Assembly (NCBI GenBank): GCA_964016885.1
Contig: OZ024742.1
Location: 370,946,001-371,010,000 of the forward strand
Length of the DNA: 64,000 bases
From: Eledone cirrhosa
Lineage: Eukaryota
Reading direction: 5' to 3'
Shown here: positions 1-15,000 of the stretch, one piece after another
How positions within the stretch are numbered: the stretch's first letter is position 1
Layout of the letters: each line of letters opens with the position of its first letter
The notes under the pieces: model-generated
Database searches by the model: none
Told to the model about the DNA's origin: nothing
The model's input: only the letters and a program-made list of their open reading frames with translations
Made by a program: the position numbers and the translations under genes

Positions 1-3000
1 AGCAATGAAAACACGCCTCTGGCCTTTAGCTGTGTGTTAGACATTGTCACCTTAGCTGAGCAATGAAAACACACATATGGCCTTCAGCAGTGTGTTAGAC
101 AGTGTCACCTTAGCTGAGCAATGAAAACACACATATGGCCTTCAGCAGTGTGTTAGACAGTGTCACCTTAGCTGAGCAATGAAAACACACATATGGCCTT
201 CAGCAGTATGTTAGACAGTGTCACCTTAGCTGAGCAATGAAAACACGCCTCTGGCCTTCAGCAATGTGTTAGAAAGTGTCACCTTAGCTGAACAATGAAA
301 ACACACATCTGGCCTTCAGCAGTGTGTTAGACAGTGTCACCTTAGCTGAGCAATGAAAACACACATCTGGCCTTCAGCAGTGTGTTAGACAGTGTCACAT
401 TAGCTGAGCAATGAAAACACACATCTGGCCTTCAGCAGTGTGTTAGACAGTGTCACATTAGCTGAGCAATGAAAACACACATCTGGTCTTCAGCAGTGTG
501 TTAGACAGTGTCACCTTAGCTGAGCAATGAAAACAGACATCTGGCCTTCAGCAGTGTGTTAGACAGTGTCACCTTAGCTGACAATGAAAACACACCTCTG
601 GCCTTCAGCAGTGTGTTAGAGAGTGTCACCTTAGCTGAGCAATAGAAGCACACATATGGCCTTCAAGAGTGTGTTAGACAGTGTCACCTTAGCTGAGCAA
701 TGAAAACACACATCTGGCCTTCAGCAGTGTGTTAGACAGTGTCACCTTAGCTGAGCAATGACAACACACCTCTGGCCTTCAGCAGTGTGTTAGACAGTGT
801 CACCTTAGCTGAGCGATGAAAACACACATCTGGCCTTCAGCAGTGTGTTAGACAGTGTCACCTGAGCTGAGCAATGAAAACAAGCCTCTGGCCTTCAGCA
901 TTGTGCTAGACAGTGTCACCTTAGCTGAGCAATGACAACACACCTCTAGCCTTCAGCAGTTTGCTAGACATTGTCAGCTTAGCTGAACAATGAAAACACA
1001 CATCTGGCCTTCAGCAGTGTGTTAGACAGTGTCACCTTAGCTGAGCAATGAAAACACACATCTGGTCTTCAGCAGTGTGTTAGACAGTGTGACCTTAGCT
1101 GAGCAATGAAAACACACATCTGGCCTTCAGCCGTATGCTAGACAGTGTCACCTTAGCTGAGCAATGAAAACACACATCTGGCCTTCAGCAGTGTGTTAGA
1201 CAGTGTCTCCTGAGCTGAGCTATGAAAACACACCTCTGGCCTTCAGCAGTGTGTTAGAAAGTGTCACCTTAGCTGAACTATGAAAACACACATCTGGCCT
1301 TCAGCAGTGTGTTAGACAGTGTCACCTTAGCTGAGCAATGAAAACACACATCTGGCCTTCAGCAGTGTGTTAGACAGTGTCACCTTAGCTGAGCAATGAA
1401 AACACGTCTCTGGCCTTCAGCAGTGCGTTAGACAGTGTCACCTTAGCTGAGCAATGAAAACACACATCTGGCCTTCAGCAGTGCGTTAGACAGTGTCACC
1501 TTAGCTGAGCAATGAAAACACACATCTGGCCTTCAGCAGTGTGTTAGACAGTGTCACCTTAGCTGAGCAATGAAAACACACATCTGGCCTTCAGCAGTGT
1601 GTTAGACAGTGTCACATTAGCTGAGCAATGAAAACACACATCTGGTCTTCAGCAGTGTGTTAGACAGTGTCAACTTAGCTGAGCAATGAAAACACACATC
1701 TGGCCTTCAGCAGTGTGTTAGACAGTGTCACATTAGCTGAGCAATGAAAACACACATCTGGTCTTCAGCAGTGTGTTAGACAGTGTCAACTTAGCTGAGC
1801 AATGAAAACACACATCTGGCCTTTAGCAGTGTGTTAGACAGTGTCACCTTAGCTGAGCAATGAAAACAGACATCTGGCCTTCAGCAGTGTGTTAGACAGC
1901 GTCACCTTAGCTGAGCTATGAAAACACACATCTGGCCTTCAGCAGTGTGTTAGACAGGGTTACCTTAGCTGAGCAATGAAAACACACATATGGCCTTCAG
2001 CAGTGTGTTAGACAGTGTCACCTTAGCTGAGCTGTGAAAACACACATATGGCCTTCAGCAGTATGTTAGACAGTGTCACCTTAGCTGAGCAATGAAAACA
2101 CGCCTCTGGCCTTCAGCAGTGTGTTAGACAGTGTCACCTTAGCTGAGCAATGAAAACACACATCTAGCCTTCAGCAGTGTGTTAGACAGTGTCACCTTAG
2201 CTGAGCAATGAAAACACGCCTCTGGCCTTCCGCAGTGTGTTAGACAGTGTCACCTTAGCTGAGCAATGAAAACACACCTCTGGTCTTCAGCAGTGTGTTA
2301 GACAGTGTCAACTTAGCTGAGCAATGAAAACACGCCACTGGCCTTCAGCAGTGTGTTAGACAGTGTCACCTTAGCTGACAATGAAAACACACCTCTGGCC
2401 TTCAGCAGTGTGTTAGAGAGTGTCACCTTAGCTGAGCAATAGAAGCACACATATGGCCTTCAAGAGTGTGTTAGACAGTGTCACCTTAGCTGAGCAATGA
2501 AAACACACATCTGGCCTTCAGCAGTGTGTTAGACAGTGTCACCTTAGCTGAGCAATGACAACACACCTCTGGCCTTCAGCAGTGTGTTAGACAGTGTCAC
2601 CTTAGCTGAGCGATGAAAACACACATCTGGCCTTCAGCAGTGTGTTAGACAGTGTCACCTGAGCTGAGCAATGAAAACAAGCCTCTGGCCTTCAGCATTG
2701 TGCTAGACAGTGTCACCTTAGCTGAGCAATGAAAACACGCCTCTGGCCTTCAGCAGTGTGTTAGACAGTGTCACCTTAGCTGAGCGATGAAAACACACAT
2801 CTGGCCTTCAGCAGTGTGTTAGACAGTGTCACCTTAGCTGAGCGATGAAAACACACATCTGGCCTTCAGCAGTGTGTTAGACAGTGTCACCTTAGCTGGG
2901 CAATGAAAACACACCTCTGGCCTTCAGCATTGTGCTAGACAGTGTCACCTTAGCTGAGCAATGACAACACACCTCTAGCCTTCAGCAGTTTGCTAGACAT

Positions 3001-6000
3001 TGTCAGCTTAGCTGAACAATGAAAACACACATCTGGCCTTCAGCAGTGTGTTAGACAGTGTCACCTTAGCTGAGCAATGAAAACATACATCTGGTCTTCA
3101 GCAGTGTGTTAGACAGTGTGACCTTAGCTGAGCAATGAAAACACACATCTGGCCTTCAGCCGTATGCTAGACAGTGTCACCTTAGCTGAGCAATGAAAAC
3201 ACACATCTGGCCTTCAGCAGTGTGTTAGACAGTGTCTCCTGAGCTGAGCTATGAAAACACACCTCTGGCCTTCAGCAGTGTGTTAGACAGTGTCCCCTTA
3301 GCTGAGCAATGAAAACACACCTCTGGCCTTCAGCAGTTTTCTAGACAGTGTCACCTTAGCTGAGCAATGAAAACACACATCTGGCCTTCAGCAGTGTGTT
3401 AGACAGTGTCACCTTAGCTGAGCAATGAAAAGACACCTCTGGGCTTCAGCAGTGTGTTAGAAAGTGTCACCTTAGCTGAACAATGAAAACACACATCTGG
3501 CCTTCAGCAGTGTGTTAGACAGTATCACCTTAGCTGAGCAATGAAAACACACATCTGGCCTTCAGCAGTGTGTTAGACAGTGTCAACTTAGCTGAGCAAT
3601 GAAAACACGCCTCTGGCCTTCAGCAGTGTGTTAGACAGTGTCACCTTAGCTGAGCAATGAAAACACGCCTCTGGCCTTCAGCTGTGTGTTAGACAGTGTC
3701 ACCTTAGCTGAACAATGAAAACACACATATCGCCTTCAGCAGTGTGTTAGACAGTGTCACCTTAGCTGAGCAATGAAAACGCACATATGGCCTTCAGCAG
3801 TATGTTAGACTGTGTCACCTTAGCTGAGCAATGAAAACACGCTTCTGGCCTTCAGCAGTGTGTTAGACAGTGTCACCTTAGCTGAGCAATGAAAACACAC
3901 ATCTGGCCTTAAGCAGTGTGTTAGACAGTGTCACCTTAGCTGAGCAATGAAAACACGCCACTGGCCTTCAGCAGTGTGTTAGACAGTGTCACCTTAGCTG
4001 ACAATGAAAACACACCTCTGGCCTTCAGCAGTGTGTTAGAGAGTGTCACCTTAGCTGAGCAATAGAAGCACACATATGGCCTTCAAGAGTGTGTTAGACA
4101 GTGTCACCTTAGCTGAGCAATGAAAACACACATCTGGCCTTCAGCAGTGTGTTAGACAGTGTCACCTTAGCTGAGCAATGACAACACACCTCTGGCCTTC
4201 AGCAGTGTGTTAGACAGTGTCACCTTAGCTGAGCGATGAAAACACACATCTGGCCTTCAGCAGTGTGTTAGACAGTGTCACCTTAGCTGAGCAATGACAA
4301 CACACCTCTAGCCTTCAGCAGTTTGCTAGACATTGTCAGCTTAGCTGAACAATGAAAACACACATCTGGCCTTCAGCAGTGTGTTAGACAGTGTCACCTT
4401 AGCTGAGCAATGAAAACACACATCTGGTCTTCAGCAGTGTGTTAGACAGTGTGACCTTAGCTGAGCAATGAAAACACACATCTGGCCTTCAGCCGTATGC
4501 TAGACAGTGTCACCTTAGCTGAGCAATGAAAACACACATCTGGCCTTCAGCAGTGTGTTAGACAGTGTCTCCTGAGCTGAGCTATGAAAACACACCTCTG
4601 GCCTTCAGCAGTATGTTAGACAGTGTCCCCTTAGCTGAGCAATGAAAACACACCTCTGGCCTTCAGCAGTTTTCTAGACAGTGTCACCTTAGCTGAGCAA
4701 TGAAAACACACATCTGGCCTTCAGCAGTGTGTTAGACAGTGTCACCTTAGCTGAGCAATGAAAACATACCTATGGTCTTCAGCAGTGTGTTAGACAGTGT
4801 CACCTTAGCTGAGCAATGAAAACACGCCTCTGGCCTTCAGCTGTGTGTTAGACAGTGTCACCTTAGCTGAGCAATGAAAACACGCCTCTGGCCTTCAGCT
4901 GTGTGTTAGACAGTGTCACCTTAGCTGAGCAATGAAAAGACACCTCTGGGCTTCAGCAGTGTGTTAGACAGTGTCACCTTAGCTGAGCAATGAAAAAACA
5001 CCTCTGGCCTTCAGCAGTGTGTTAGACAGCGTCACCTTAGCTGAGCAATGAAAACACACATATGGCCTTGAGCAGTGTGTTAGACAGTGTCACCTTAGCT
5101 GGGCAATGAAAACACACATCTGGTCTTCAGCAGTGTGTTAGACAGTGTCACCTTAGCTGAGCAATGAAAACACGCCTCTGGCCTTTAGCTGTGTGTTAGA
5201 CAGTGTCACCTTAGCTGAGCAATGAAAACACACATATGGCCTTCAGCAGTGTGTTAGACAGTGTCACCTTAGCTGAGCAATGAAAACACACATATGGCCT
5301 TCAGCAGTGTGTTAGACAGTGTCACCTTAGCTGAGCAATGAAAACACACATATGGCCTTCAGCAGTATGTTAGACAGTGTCACCTTAGCTGAGCAATGAA
5401 AACACGCCTCTGGCCTTCAGCAATGTGTTAGAAAGTGTCACCTTAGCTGAACAATGAAAACACACATCTGGCCTTCAGCAGTGTGTTAGACAGTGTCACC
5501 TTAGCTGAGCAATGAAAACACACATCTGGCCTTCAGCAGTGTGTTAGACAGTGTCACCTTAGCTGAGCAATGAAAACACACATCTGGCCTTCAGCAGTGT
5601 GTTAGACAGTGTCACCTTAGCTGAGCAATGAAAACACACATCTGGCCTTCAGCAGTGCGTTTGACAGTGTCACCTTAGCTGAGCAATGAAAACACACATC
5701 TGGCCTTCAGCAGTGTGTTAGACAGTGTCACCTTAGCTGAGCAATGAAAACACACATCTGGCCTTCAGCAGTGTGTTAGACAGTGTCACATTAGCTGAGC
5801 AATGAAAACACACATCTGGTCTTCAGCAGTGTGTTAGACAGTGTCACCTTAGCTGAGCAATGAAAACACACATATGGCCTTCAGCAGTGTGTTAGACAGT
5901 GTCACCTTAGCTGAGCAATGAAAACACACATCTGGCCTTCAGCAGTGTGTTAGACAGTGTCACCTTAGATGAGCAATGACAACACACATATGGCCTTCAG

Positions 6001-9000
6001 CAGTGTGTTAGACAGTGTCACCTTAGCTGAGCAATGAAAACACGCCTCTGGCCTTCAGCAATGTGTTAGAAAGTGTCACCTTAGCTGAGCAATGAAAACA
6101 AGCCTCTGGCCTTCAGCATTGTGCTAGACAGTGTCACCTTAGCTGAGCAATGACAACACACCTCTAGCCTTCAGCAGTTTGCTAGACATTGTCAGCTTAG
6201 CTGAACAATGAAAACACACATCTGGTCTTCAGCAGTGTGTTAGACAGTGTCACCTTAGCTAAGCAATGAAAACACACATCTGGCCTTCAGCCGTATGCTA
6301 GACAGTGTCACCTTAGCTGAGCAATGAAAACACACATCTGGCCTTCAGCAGTGTGTTAGACAGTGTCTCCTGAGCTGAGCTATGAAAACACACCTCTGGC
6401 CTTCAGCAGTGTGTTACACAGTGTCCCCTTAGCTGAACAATGAAAACACACCTCTGGGCTTCAGCAGTTTTCTAGACAGTGTCACCTTAGCTGAGCAATG
6501 AAAACACACATCTGGCCTTCAGCAGTGTGTTAGACAGTGTCACCTTAGCTGAGCAATGAAAACATACCTCTGGTCTTCAGCAGTGTGTTAGACAGTGTCA
6601 CCTTAGCTGAGCAATGAAAACACGCCTCTGGCCTTCAGCTGTGTGTTAGACAGCGTCACCTTAGCTGAGCAATGAAAACACACATATGGCCTTGAGCAGT
6701 GTGTTAGACAGTGTCACCTTAGCTGGGCAATGAAAACACACATCTGGTCTTCAGCAGTGTGTTAGACAGTGTCACCTTAGCTGAGCAATGAAAACACGCC
6801 TCTGGCCTTTAGCTGTGTGTTAGACAGTGTCACCTTAGCTGAGCAATGAAAACACACATATGGCCTTCAGCAGTGTGTTAGACAGTGTCACCTTAGCTGA
6901 GCAATGAAAACACACATATGGCCTTCAGCAGTGTGTTAGACAGTGTCACCTTAGCTGAGCAATGAAAACACACATATGGCCTTCAGCAGTGTGTTAGACA
7001 GTGTCACCTTAGCTGAGCAATGAAAACACGCCTCTGGCCTTCAGCAATGTGTTAGAAAGTGTCACCTTAGCTGAACTATGAAAACACACATCTGGCCTTC
7101 AGCAGTGTGTTAGACAGTGTCACCTTAGCTGAGCAATGAAAACACACATCTGGCCTTCAGCAGTGTGTTAGACAGTGTCACCTTCGCTGAGCAATGAAAA
7201 CACGTCTCTGGCCTTCAGCAGTGCGTTAGACAGTGTCACCTTAGCTGAGCAATGAAAACACACATCTGGCCTTCAGCAGTGTGTTAGACAGTGTCACCTT
7301 AGCTGAGCAATGAAAACACACATCTGGCCTTCAGCAGTGTGTTAGACAGTGTCACATTAGCTGAGCAATGAAAACACACATCTGGTCTTCAGCAGTGTGT
7401 TAGACAGTGTCACCTTAGCTGAGCAATGAAAACAGACATCTGGCCTTCAGCAGTGTGTTAGACAGCGTCACCTTAGCTGAGCTATGAAAACACACATCTG
7501 GCCTTCAGCAGTGTGTTAGACAGGGTTACCTTAGCTGAGCAATGAAAACACACATATGGCCTTCAGCAGTGTGTTAGACAGTGTCACCTTAGCTGAGCAG
7601 TGAAAACACACATATGGCCTTCAGCAGTATGTTAGACAGTGTCACCTTAGCTGAGCAATGAAAACACGCCTCTGGCCTTCAGCAGTGTGTTAGACAGTGT
7701 CACCTTAGCTGAGCAATGAAAACAGACATCTGGCCTTCAGCAGTGTGTTAGACAGCGTCACCTTAGCTGAGCTATGAAAACACACATCTGGCCTTCAGCA
7801 GTGTGTTAGACAGGGTTACCTTAGCTGAGCAATGAAAACACACATCTGGCCTTCAGCAGTGTGTTAGACAGTGTCACCTTAGCTGAGCAATGAAAACACG
7901 GCTCTGGCCTTCCGCAGTGTGTTAGACAGTGTCACCTTAGCTGAGCAATGAAAACACACCTCTGGTCTTCAGCAGTGTGTTAGACAGTGTCAACTTAGCT
8001 GAGCAATGAAAACACGCCACTGGCCTTCAGCAGTGTGTTAGACAGTGTCACCTTAGCTGACAATGAAAACACACCTCTGGCCTTCAGCAGTGTGTTAGAG
8101 AGTGTCACCTTAGCTGAGCAATAGAAGCACACATATGGCCTTCAAGAGTGTGTTAGACAGTGTCACCTTAGCTGAGCAATGAAAACACACATCTGGCCTT
8201 CAGCAGTGTGTTAGACAGTGTCACCTTAGCTGAGCAATGACAACACACCTCTGGCCTTCAGCAGTGTGTTAGACAGTGTCACCTTAGCTGAGCGATGAAA
8301 ACACACATCTGGCCTTCAGCAGTGTGTTAGACAGTGTCACCTGAGCTGAGCAATGAAAACAAGCCTCTGGCCTTCAGCATTGTGCTAGACAGTGTCACCT
8401 TAGCTGAGCAATGACAACACACCTCTAGCCTTCAGCAGTTTGCTAGACATTGTCAGCTTAGCTGAACAATGAAAACACACATCTGGCCTTCAGCAGTGTG
8501 TTAGACAGTGTCACCTTAGCTGAGCAATGAAAACACACATCTGGTCTTCAGCAGTGTGTTAGACAGTGTGACCTTAGCTGAGCAATGAAAACACACATCT
8601 GGCCTTCAGCCGTATGCTAGACAGTGTCACCTTAGCTGAGCAATGAAAACACACATCTGGCCTTCAGCAGTGTGTTAGACAGTGTCTCCTGACCTGAGCT
8701 ATGAAAACACACCTCTGGCCTTCAGCAGTGTGTTAGACAGTGTCCCCTTAGCTGAGCAATGAAAACACACGTCTGGCCTTCAGCAGTTTTCTAGACAGTG
8801 TCACCTTAGCTGAGCAATGAAAACACACATCTGGCCTTCAGCAGTGTGTTAGACAGTGTCACCTTAGCTGAGCAATGAAAACATACCTCTGGTCTTCAGC
8901 AGTGTGTTAGACAGTGTCACCTTAGCTGAGCAATGAAAACACGCCTCTGGCCTTCAGCTGTGTGTTAGACAGTGTCACCTTAGCTGAGCAATGAAAACAC

Positions 9001-12000
9001 GCCTCTGGCCTTCAGCTGTGTGTTAGACAGTGTCACCTTAGCTGAGCAATGAAAAGACACCTCTGGGATTCAGCAGTGTGTTAGACAGTGTCACCTTAGC
9101 TGAGCAATGAAAAAACACCTCTGGCCTTCAGCAGTGTGTTAGACAGCGTCACCTTAGCTGAGCAATGAAAACACACATATGGCCTTGAGCAGTGTGTTAG
9201 ACAGTGTCACCTTAGCTGGGCAATGAAAACACACATCTGGTCTTCAGCAGTGTGTTAAACAGTGTCACCTTAGCTGAGCAATGAAAACACGCCTCTGGCC
9301 TTTAGCTGTGTGTTAGACAGTGTCACCTTAGCTGAGCAATGAAAACACACATATGGCCTTCAGCAGTGTGTTAGACAGTGTCACCTTAGCTGAGCAATGA
9401 AAACACACATATGGCCTTCAGCAGTGTGTTAGACAGTGTCACCTTAGCTGAGCAATGAAAACACACATATGGCCTTCAGCAGTATGTTAGACAGTGTCAC
9501 CTTAGCTGAGCAATGAAAACACGCCTCTGGCCTTCAGCAATGTGTTAGAAAGTGTCACCTTAGCTGAACAATGAAAACACACATCTGGCCTTCAGCAGTG
9601 TGTTAGACAGTGTCACCTTAGCTGAGCAATGAAAACACACATCTGGCCTTCAGCAGTGTGTTAGACAGTGTCACCTTAGCTGAGCAATGAAAACACACAT
9701 ATGGCCTTCAGCAGTGTGTTAGACAGTGTCACCTTAGCTGAGCAATGAAAACACACATCTGGCCTTCAGCAGTGTGTTAGACAATGTCACCTTAGCTGAG
9801 CAATGAAAACACGTCTCTGGCCTTCAGCAGTGCGTTAGACAGTGTCACCTTAGCTGAGCAATGAAAACACACATCTGGTCTTCAGCAGTGTGTTAGACAG
9901 TGTCACCTTAGCTGAGCAATGAAAACAGACATCTGGCCTTCAGCAGTGTGTTAGACAGTGTCACCTTAGCTGAGCAATGAAAACACGTCTCTGGCCTTCA
10001 GCAGTGTGTTAGAGAGTGTCACCTTAGCTGAGCAATAGAAGCACACATATGGCCTTCAAGAGTGTGTTAGACAGTGTCACCTTAGCTGAGCAATGAAAAC
10101 ACACATCTGGCCTTCAGCAGTGTGTTAGACAGTGTCACCTTAGCTGAGCAATGACAACACACCTCTGGCCTTCAGCAGTGTGTTAGACAGTGTCACCTTA
10201 GCTGAGCGATGAAAACACACATCTGGCCTTCAGCAGTGTGTTAGACAGTGTCACCTGAGCTGAGCAATGAAAACAAGCCTCTGGCCTTCAGCATTGTGCT
10301 AGACAGTGTCACCTTAGCTGAGCAATGACAACACACCTCTAGCCTTCAGCAGTTTGCTAGACATTGTCAGCTTAGCTGAACAATGAAAACACACATCTGG
10401 CCTTCAGCAGTGTGTTAGACAGTGTCACCTTAGCTGAGCAATGAAAACACACATCTGGTCTTCAGCAGTGTGTTAGACAGTGTCACCTTAGCTGAGCAAT
10501 GAAAACGCACCTCTGGCCTTCAGCAGTGTGTTAGACAGTGTGACCTTAGCTGAGCAATGAAAACACACATCTGGCCTTCAGCCGTATGCTAGACAGTGTC
10601 ACCTTAGCTGAGCAATGAAAACACACATCTGGCCTTCAGCAGTGTGTTAGACAGTGTCTCCTGAGCTGAGCTATGAAAACACACCTCTGGCCTTCAGCAG
10701 TGTGTTAGACAGTGTCACATTAGCTGAGCAATGAAAACACACATCTGGTCTTCAGCAGTGTGTTAGACAGTGTCACCTTAGCTGAGCAATGAAAACAGAC
10801 ATCTGGCCTTCAGCAGTGTGTTAGACAGTGTCACCTTAGCTGACAATGAAACCACACCTCTGGCCTTCAGCAGTGTGTTAGAGAGTGTCACCTTAGCTGA
10901 GCAATAGAAGCACACATATGGCCTTCAAGAGTGTGTTAGACAGTGTCACCTTAGCTGAGCAATGAAAACACACATCTGGCCTTCAGCAGTGTGTTAGACA
11001 GTGTCACCTTAGCTGAGCAATGACAACACACCTCTGGCCTTCAGCAGTGTGTTAGACAGTGTCACCTTAGCTGAGCGATGAAAACACACATCTGGCCTTC
11101 AGCAGTGTGTTAGACAGTGTCACCTGAGCTGAGCAATGAAAACAAGCCTCTGGCCTTCAGCATTGTGCTAGACAGTGTCACCTTAGCTGAGCAATGACAA
11201 CACACCTCTAGCCTTCAGCAGTTTGCTAGACATTGTCAGCTTAGCTGAACAATGAAAACACACATCTGGCCTTCAGCAGTGTGTTAGACAGTGTCACCTT
11301 AGCTGAGCAATGAAAACACACATCTGGTCTTCAGCAGTGTGTTAGACAGTGTGACCTTAGCTGAGCAATGAAAACACACATCTGGCCTTCAGCCGTATGC
11401 TAGACAGTGTCACCTTAGCTGAGCAATGAAAACACACATCTGGCCTTCAGCAGTGTGTTAAACAGTGTCTCCTGAGCTGAGCTATGAAAACACACCTCTG
11501 GCCTTCAGCAGTTTTCTAGACAGTGTCACCTTAGCTGAGCAATGAAAACACACATCTGGCCTTCAGCAGTGTGTTAGACAGTGTCACCTTAGCTGAGCAA
11601 TGAAAACATACCTCTGGTCTTCAGCAGTGTGTTAGACAGTGTCACCTTAGCTGAGCAATGAAAACACGCCTCTGGCCTTCAGCTGTGTGTTAGACAGTGT
11701 CACCTTAGCTGAGAAATGAAAACACGCCTCTGGCCTTCAGCTGTGTGTTAGACAGTGTCACCTTAGCTGAGCAATGAAAAGACACCTCTGGGCTTCAGCA
11801 GTGTGTTAGACAGTGTCACCTTAGCTGAGCAATGAAAACACACATCTAGCCTTCAGCAGTGTGTTAGACAGTGTCACCTTAGCTGAGCAATGAAAAAACA
11901 CCTCTGGCCTTCAGCAGTGTGTTAGACAGCGTCACCTTAGCTGACCAATGAAAACACACATATGGCCTTGAGCAGTGTGTTAGACAGTGTCACCTTAGCT

Positions 12001-15000
12001 GGGCAATGAAAACACACATCTGGTCTTCAGCAGTGTGTTAGACAGTGTCACCTTAGCTGAGCAATGAAAACACGCCTCTGGCCTTTAGCTGTGTGTTAGA
12101 CAGTGTCACCTTAGCTGAGCAATGAAAACACACATATGGCCTTCAGCAGTGTGTTAGACAGTGTCACCTTAGCTGAGCAATGAAAACACACATATGGCCT
12201 TCAGCAGTGTGTTAGACAGTGTCACCTTAGCTGAGCAATGAAAACACACATATGGCCTTCAGCAGTATGTTAGACAGTGTCACCTTAGCTGAGCAATGAA
12301 AACACACATCTGGCCTTCAGCAGTGTGTTAGACAGTGTCACATTAGCTGAGCAATGAAAACACACATCTGGTCTTCAGCAGTGTGTTAGACAGTGTCACC
12401 TTAGCTGAGCAATGAAAACAGACATCTGGCCTTCAGCAGTGTGTTAGACAGTGTCACCTTAGCTGACAATGAAAACACACCTCTGGCCTTCAGCAGTGCG
12501 TTAGAGAGTGTCACCTTAGCTGAGCAATAGAAGCACACATATGGCCTTCAAGAGTGTGTTAGACAGTGTCACCTTAGCTGAGCAATGAAAACACACATCT
12601 GGCCTTCAGCAGTGTGTTAGACAGTGTCACCTTAGCTGAGCAATGACAACACACATATGGCCTTCAGCAGTATGTTAGACAGTGTCACCTTAGCTGAGCA
12701 ATGAAAACACGCCTCTGGCCTTCAGCAATGTGTTAGAAAGTGTCACCTTAGCTGAGCAATGAAAACAAGCCTCTGGCCTTCAGCATTGTGCTAGACAGTG
12801 TCACCTTAGCTGAGCAATGACAACACACCTCTAGCCTTCAGCAGTTTGCTAGACATTGTCAGCTTAGCTGAACAATGAAAACACACATCTGGCCTTCAGC
12901 AGTGTGTTAGACAGTGTCACCTTAGCTGAGCAATGAAAACACACATCTGGTCTTCAGCAGTGTGTTAGACAGTGTGACCTTAGCTGAGCAATGAAAACAC
13001 ACATCTGGCCTTCAGCCGTATGCTAGACAGTGTCACCTTAGCTGAGCAATAAAAACACACATCTGGCCTTCAGCAGTGTGTTAGACAGTGTCTCCTGAGC
13101 TGAGCTATGAAAACACACCTCTGGCCTTCAGCAGTGTGTTAGACAGTGTCCCCTTAGCTGAACAATGAAAACACACCTCTGGGCTTCAGCAGTTTTCTAG
13201 ACAGTGTCACCTTAGCTGAGCAATGAAAACACACATCTGGCCTTCAGCAGTGTGTTAGACAGTGTCACCTTAGCTGAGCAATGAAAACATACCTCTGGTC
13301 TTCAGCAGTGTGTTAGACAGTGTCACCTTAGCTGAGCAATGAAAACACGCCTCTGGCCTTCAGCTGTGTGTTAGACAGTGTCACCTTAGCTGAGCAATGA
13401 AAACACGCCTCTGGCCTTCAGCTGTGTGTTAGACAGTGTCACCTTAGCTGAGCAATGAAAAGACACCTCTGGGCTTCAGCAGTGTGTTAGACAGTGTCAC
13501 CTTAGCTGAGCAATGAAAAAACACCTCTGGCCTTCAGCAGTGTCTTAGACAGCGTCACCTTAGCTGAGCAATGAAAACACACATATGGCCTTGAGCAGTG
13601 TGTTAGACAGTGTCACCTTAGCTGGGCAATGAAAACACACATCTGGTCTTCAGCAGTGTGTTAGACAGTGTCACCTTAGCTGAGCAATGAAAACACGCCT
13701 CTGGCCTTTAGCTGTGTGTTAGACAGTGTCACCTTAGCTGAGCAATGAAAACACACATATGGCCTTCAGCAGTGTGTTAGACAGTGTCACCTTAGCTGAG
13801 CAATGAAAACACACATATGGCCTTCAGCAGTGTGTTAGACAGTGTCACCTTAGCTGAGCAATGAAAACACACATATGGCCTTCAGCAGTGTGTTAGACAG
13901 TGTCACCTTAGCTGAGCAATGAAAACACGCCTCTGGCCTTCAGCAATGTGTTAGAAAGTGTCACCTTAGCTGAACTATGAAAACACACATCTGGCCTTCA
14001 GCAGTGTGTTAGACAGTGTCACCTTAGCTGAGCAATGAAAACACACATCTGGCCTTCAGCAGTGTGTTAGACAGTGTCACCTTAGCTGAGCAATGAAAAC
14101 ACGTCTCTGGCCTTCAGCAGTGCGTTAGACAGTGTCACCTTAGCTGAGCAATGAAAACACACATCTGGCCTTCAGCAGTGTGTTAGACAGTGTCACCTTA
14201 GCTGAGCAATGAAAACACACATCTGGCCTTCAGCAGTGTGTTAGACAGTGTCACATTAGCTGAGCAATGAAAACACACATCTGGTCTTCAGCAGTGTGTT
14301 AGACAGTGTCACCTTAGCTGAGCAATGAAAACAGACATCTGGCCTTCAGCAGTGTGTTAGACAGCGTCACCTTAGCTGAGCTATGAAAACAGACATCTGG
14401 CCTTCAGCAGTGTGTTAGACAGGGTTACCTTAGCTGAGCAATGAAAACACACATATGGCCTTCAGCAGTGTGTTAGACAGTGTCACCTTAGCTGAGCAGT
14501 GAAAACACACATATGGCCTTCAGCAGTATGTTAGACAGTGTCACCTTAGCTGAGCAATGAAAACACGCCTCTGGCCTTCAGCAGTGTGTTAGACAGTGTC
14601 ACCTTAGCTGAGCAATGAAAACACACATCTGGCCTTCAGCAGTGTGTTAGACAGTGTCACCTTAGCTGAGCAATGAAAACACGGCTCTGGCCTTCCGCAG
14701 TGTGTTAGACAGTGTCACCTTAGCTGAGCAATGAAAACACACCTCTGGTCTTCAGCAGTGTGTTAGACAGTGTCAACTTAGCTGAGCAATGAAAACACGC
14801 CACTGGCCTTCAGCAGTGTGTTAGACAGTGTCACCTTAGCTGACAATGAAAACACACCTCTGGCCTTCAGCAGTGTGTTAGAGAGTGTCACCTTAGCTGA
14901 GCAATAGAAGCACACATATGGCCTTCAAGAGTGTGTTAGACAGTGTCACCTTAGCTGAGCAATGACAACACACCTCTGGCCTTCAGCAGTGTGTTAGACA

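Noticed and set aside
39-50. RAG heptamer-like GACAGTG in the monomer
   Set aside because: The critical first C is absent and there is no nonamer at 12/23 spacing.
1-116. Hammerhead in the satellite monomer (CTGAGCAATGAAAAC; minus CTGAAGG)
   Set aside because: Neither matches CUGANGA, there is no stem II, and the minus strand has no GAAA.
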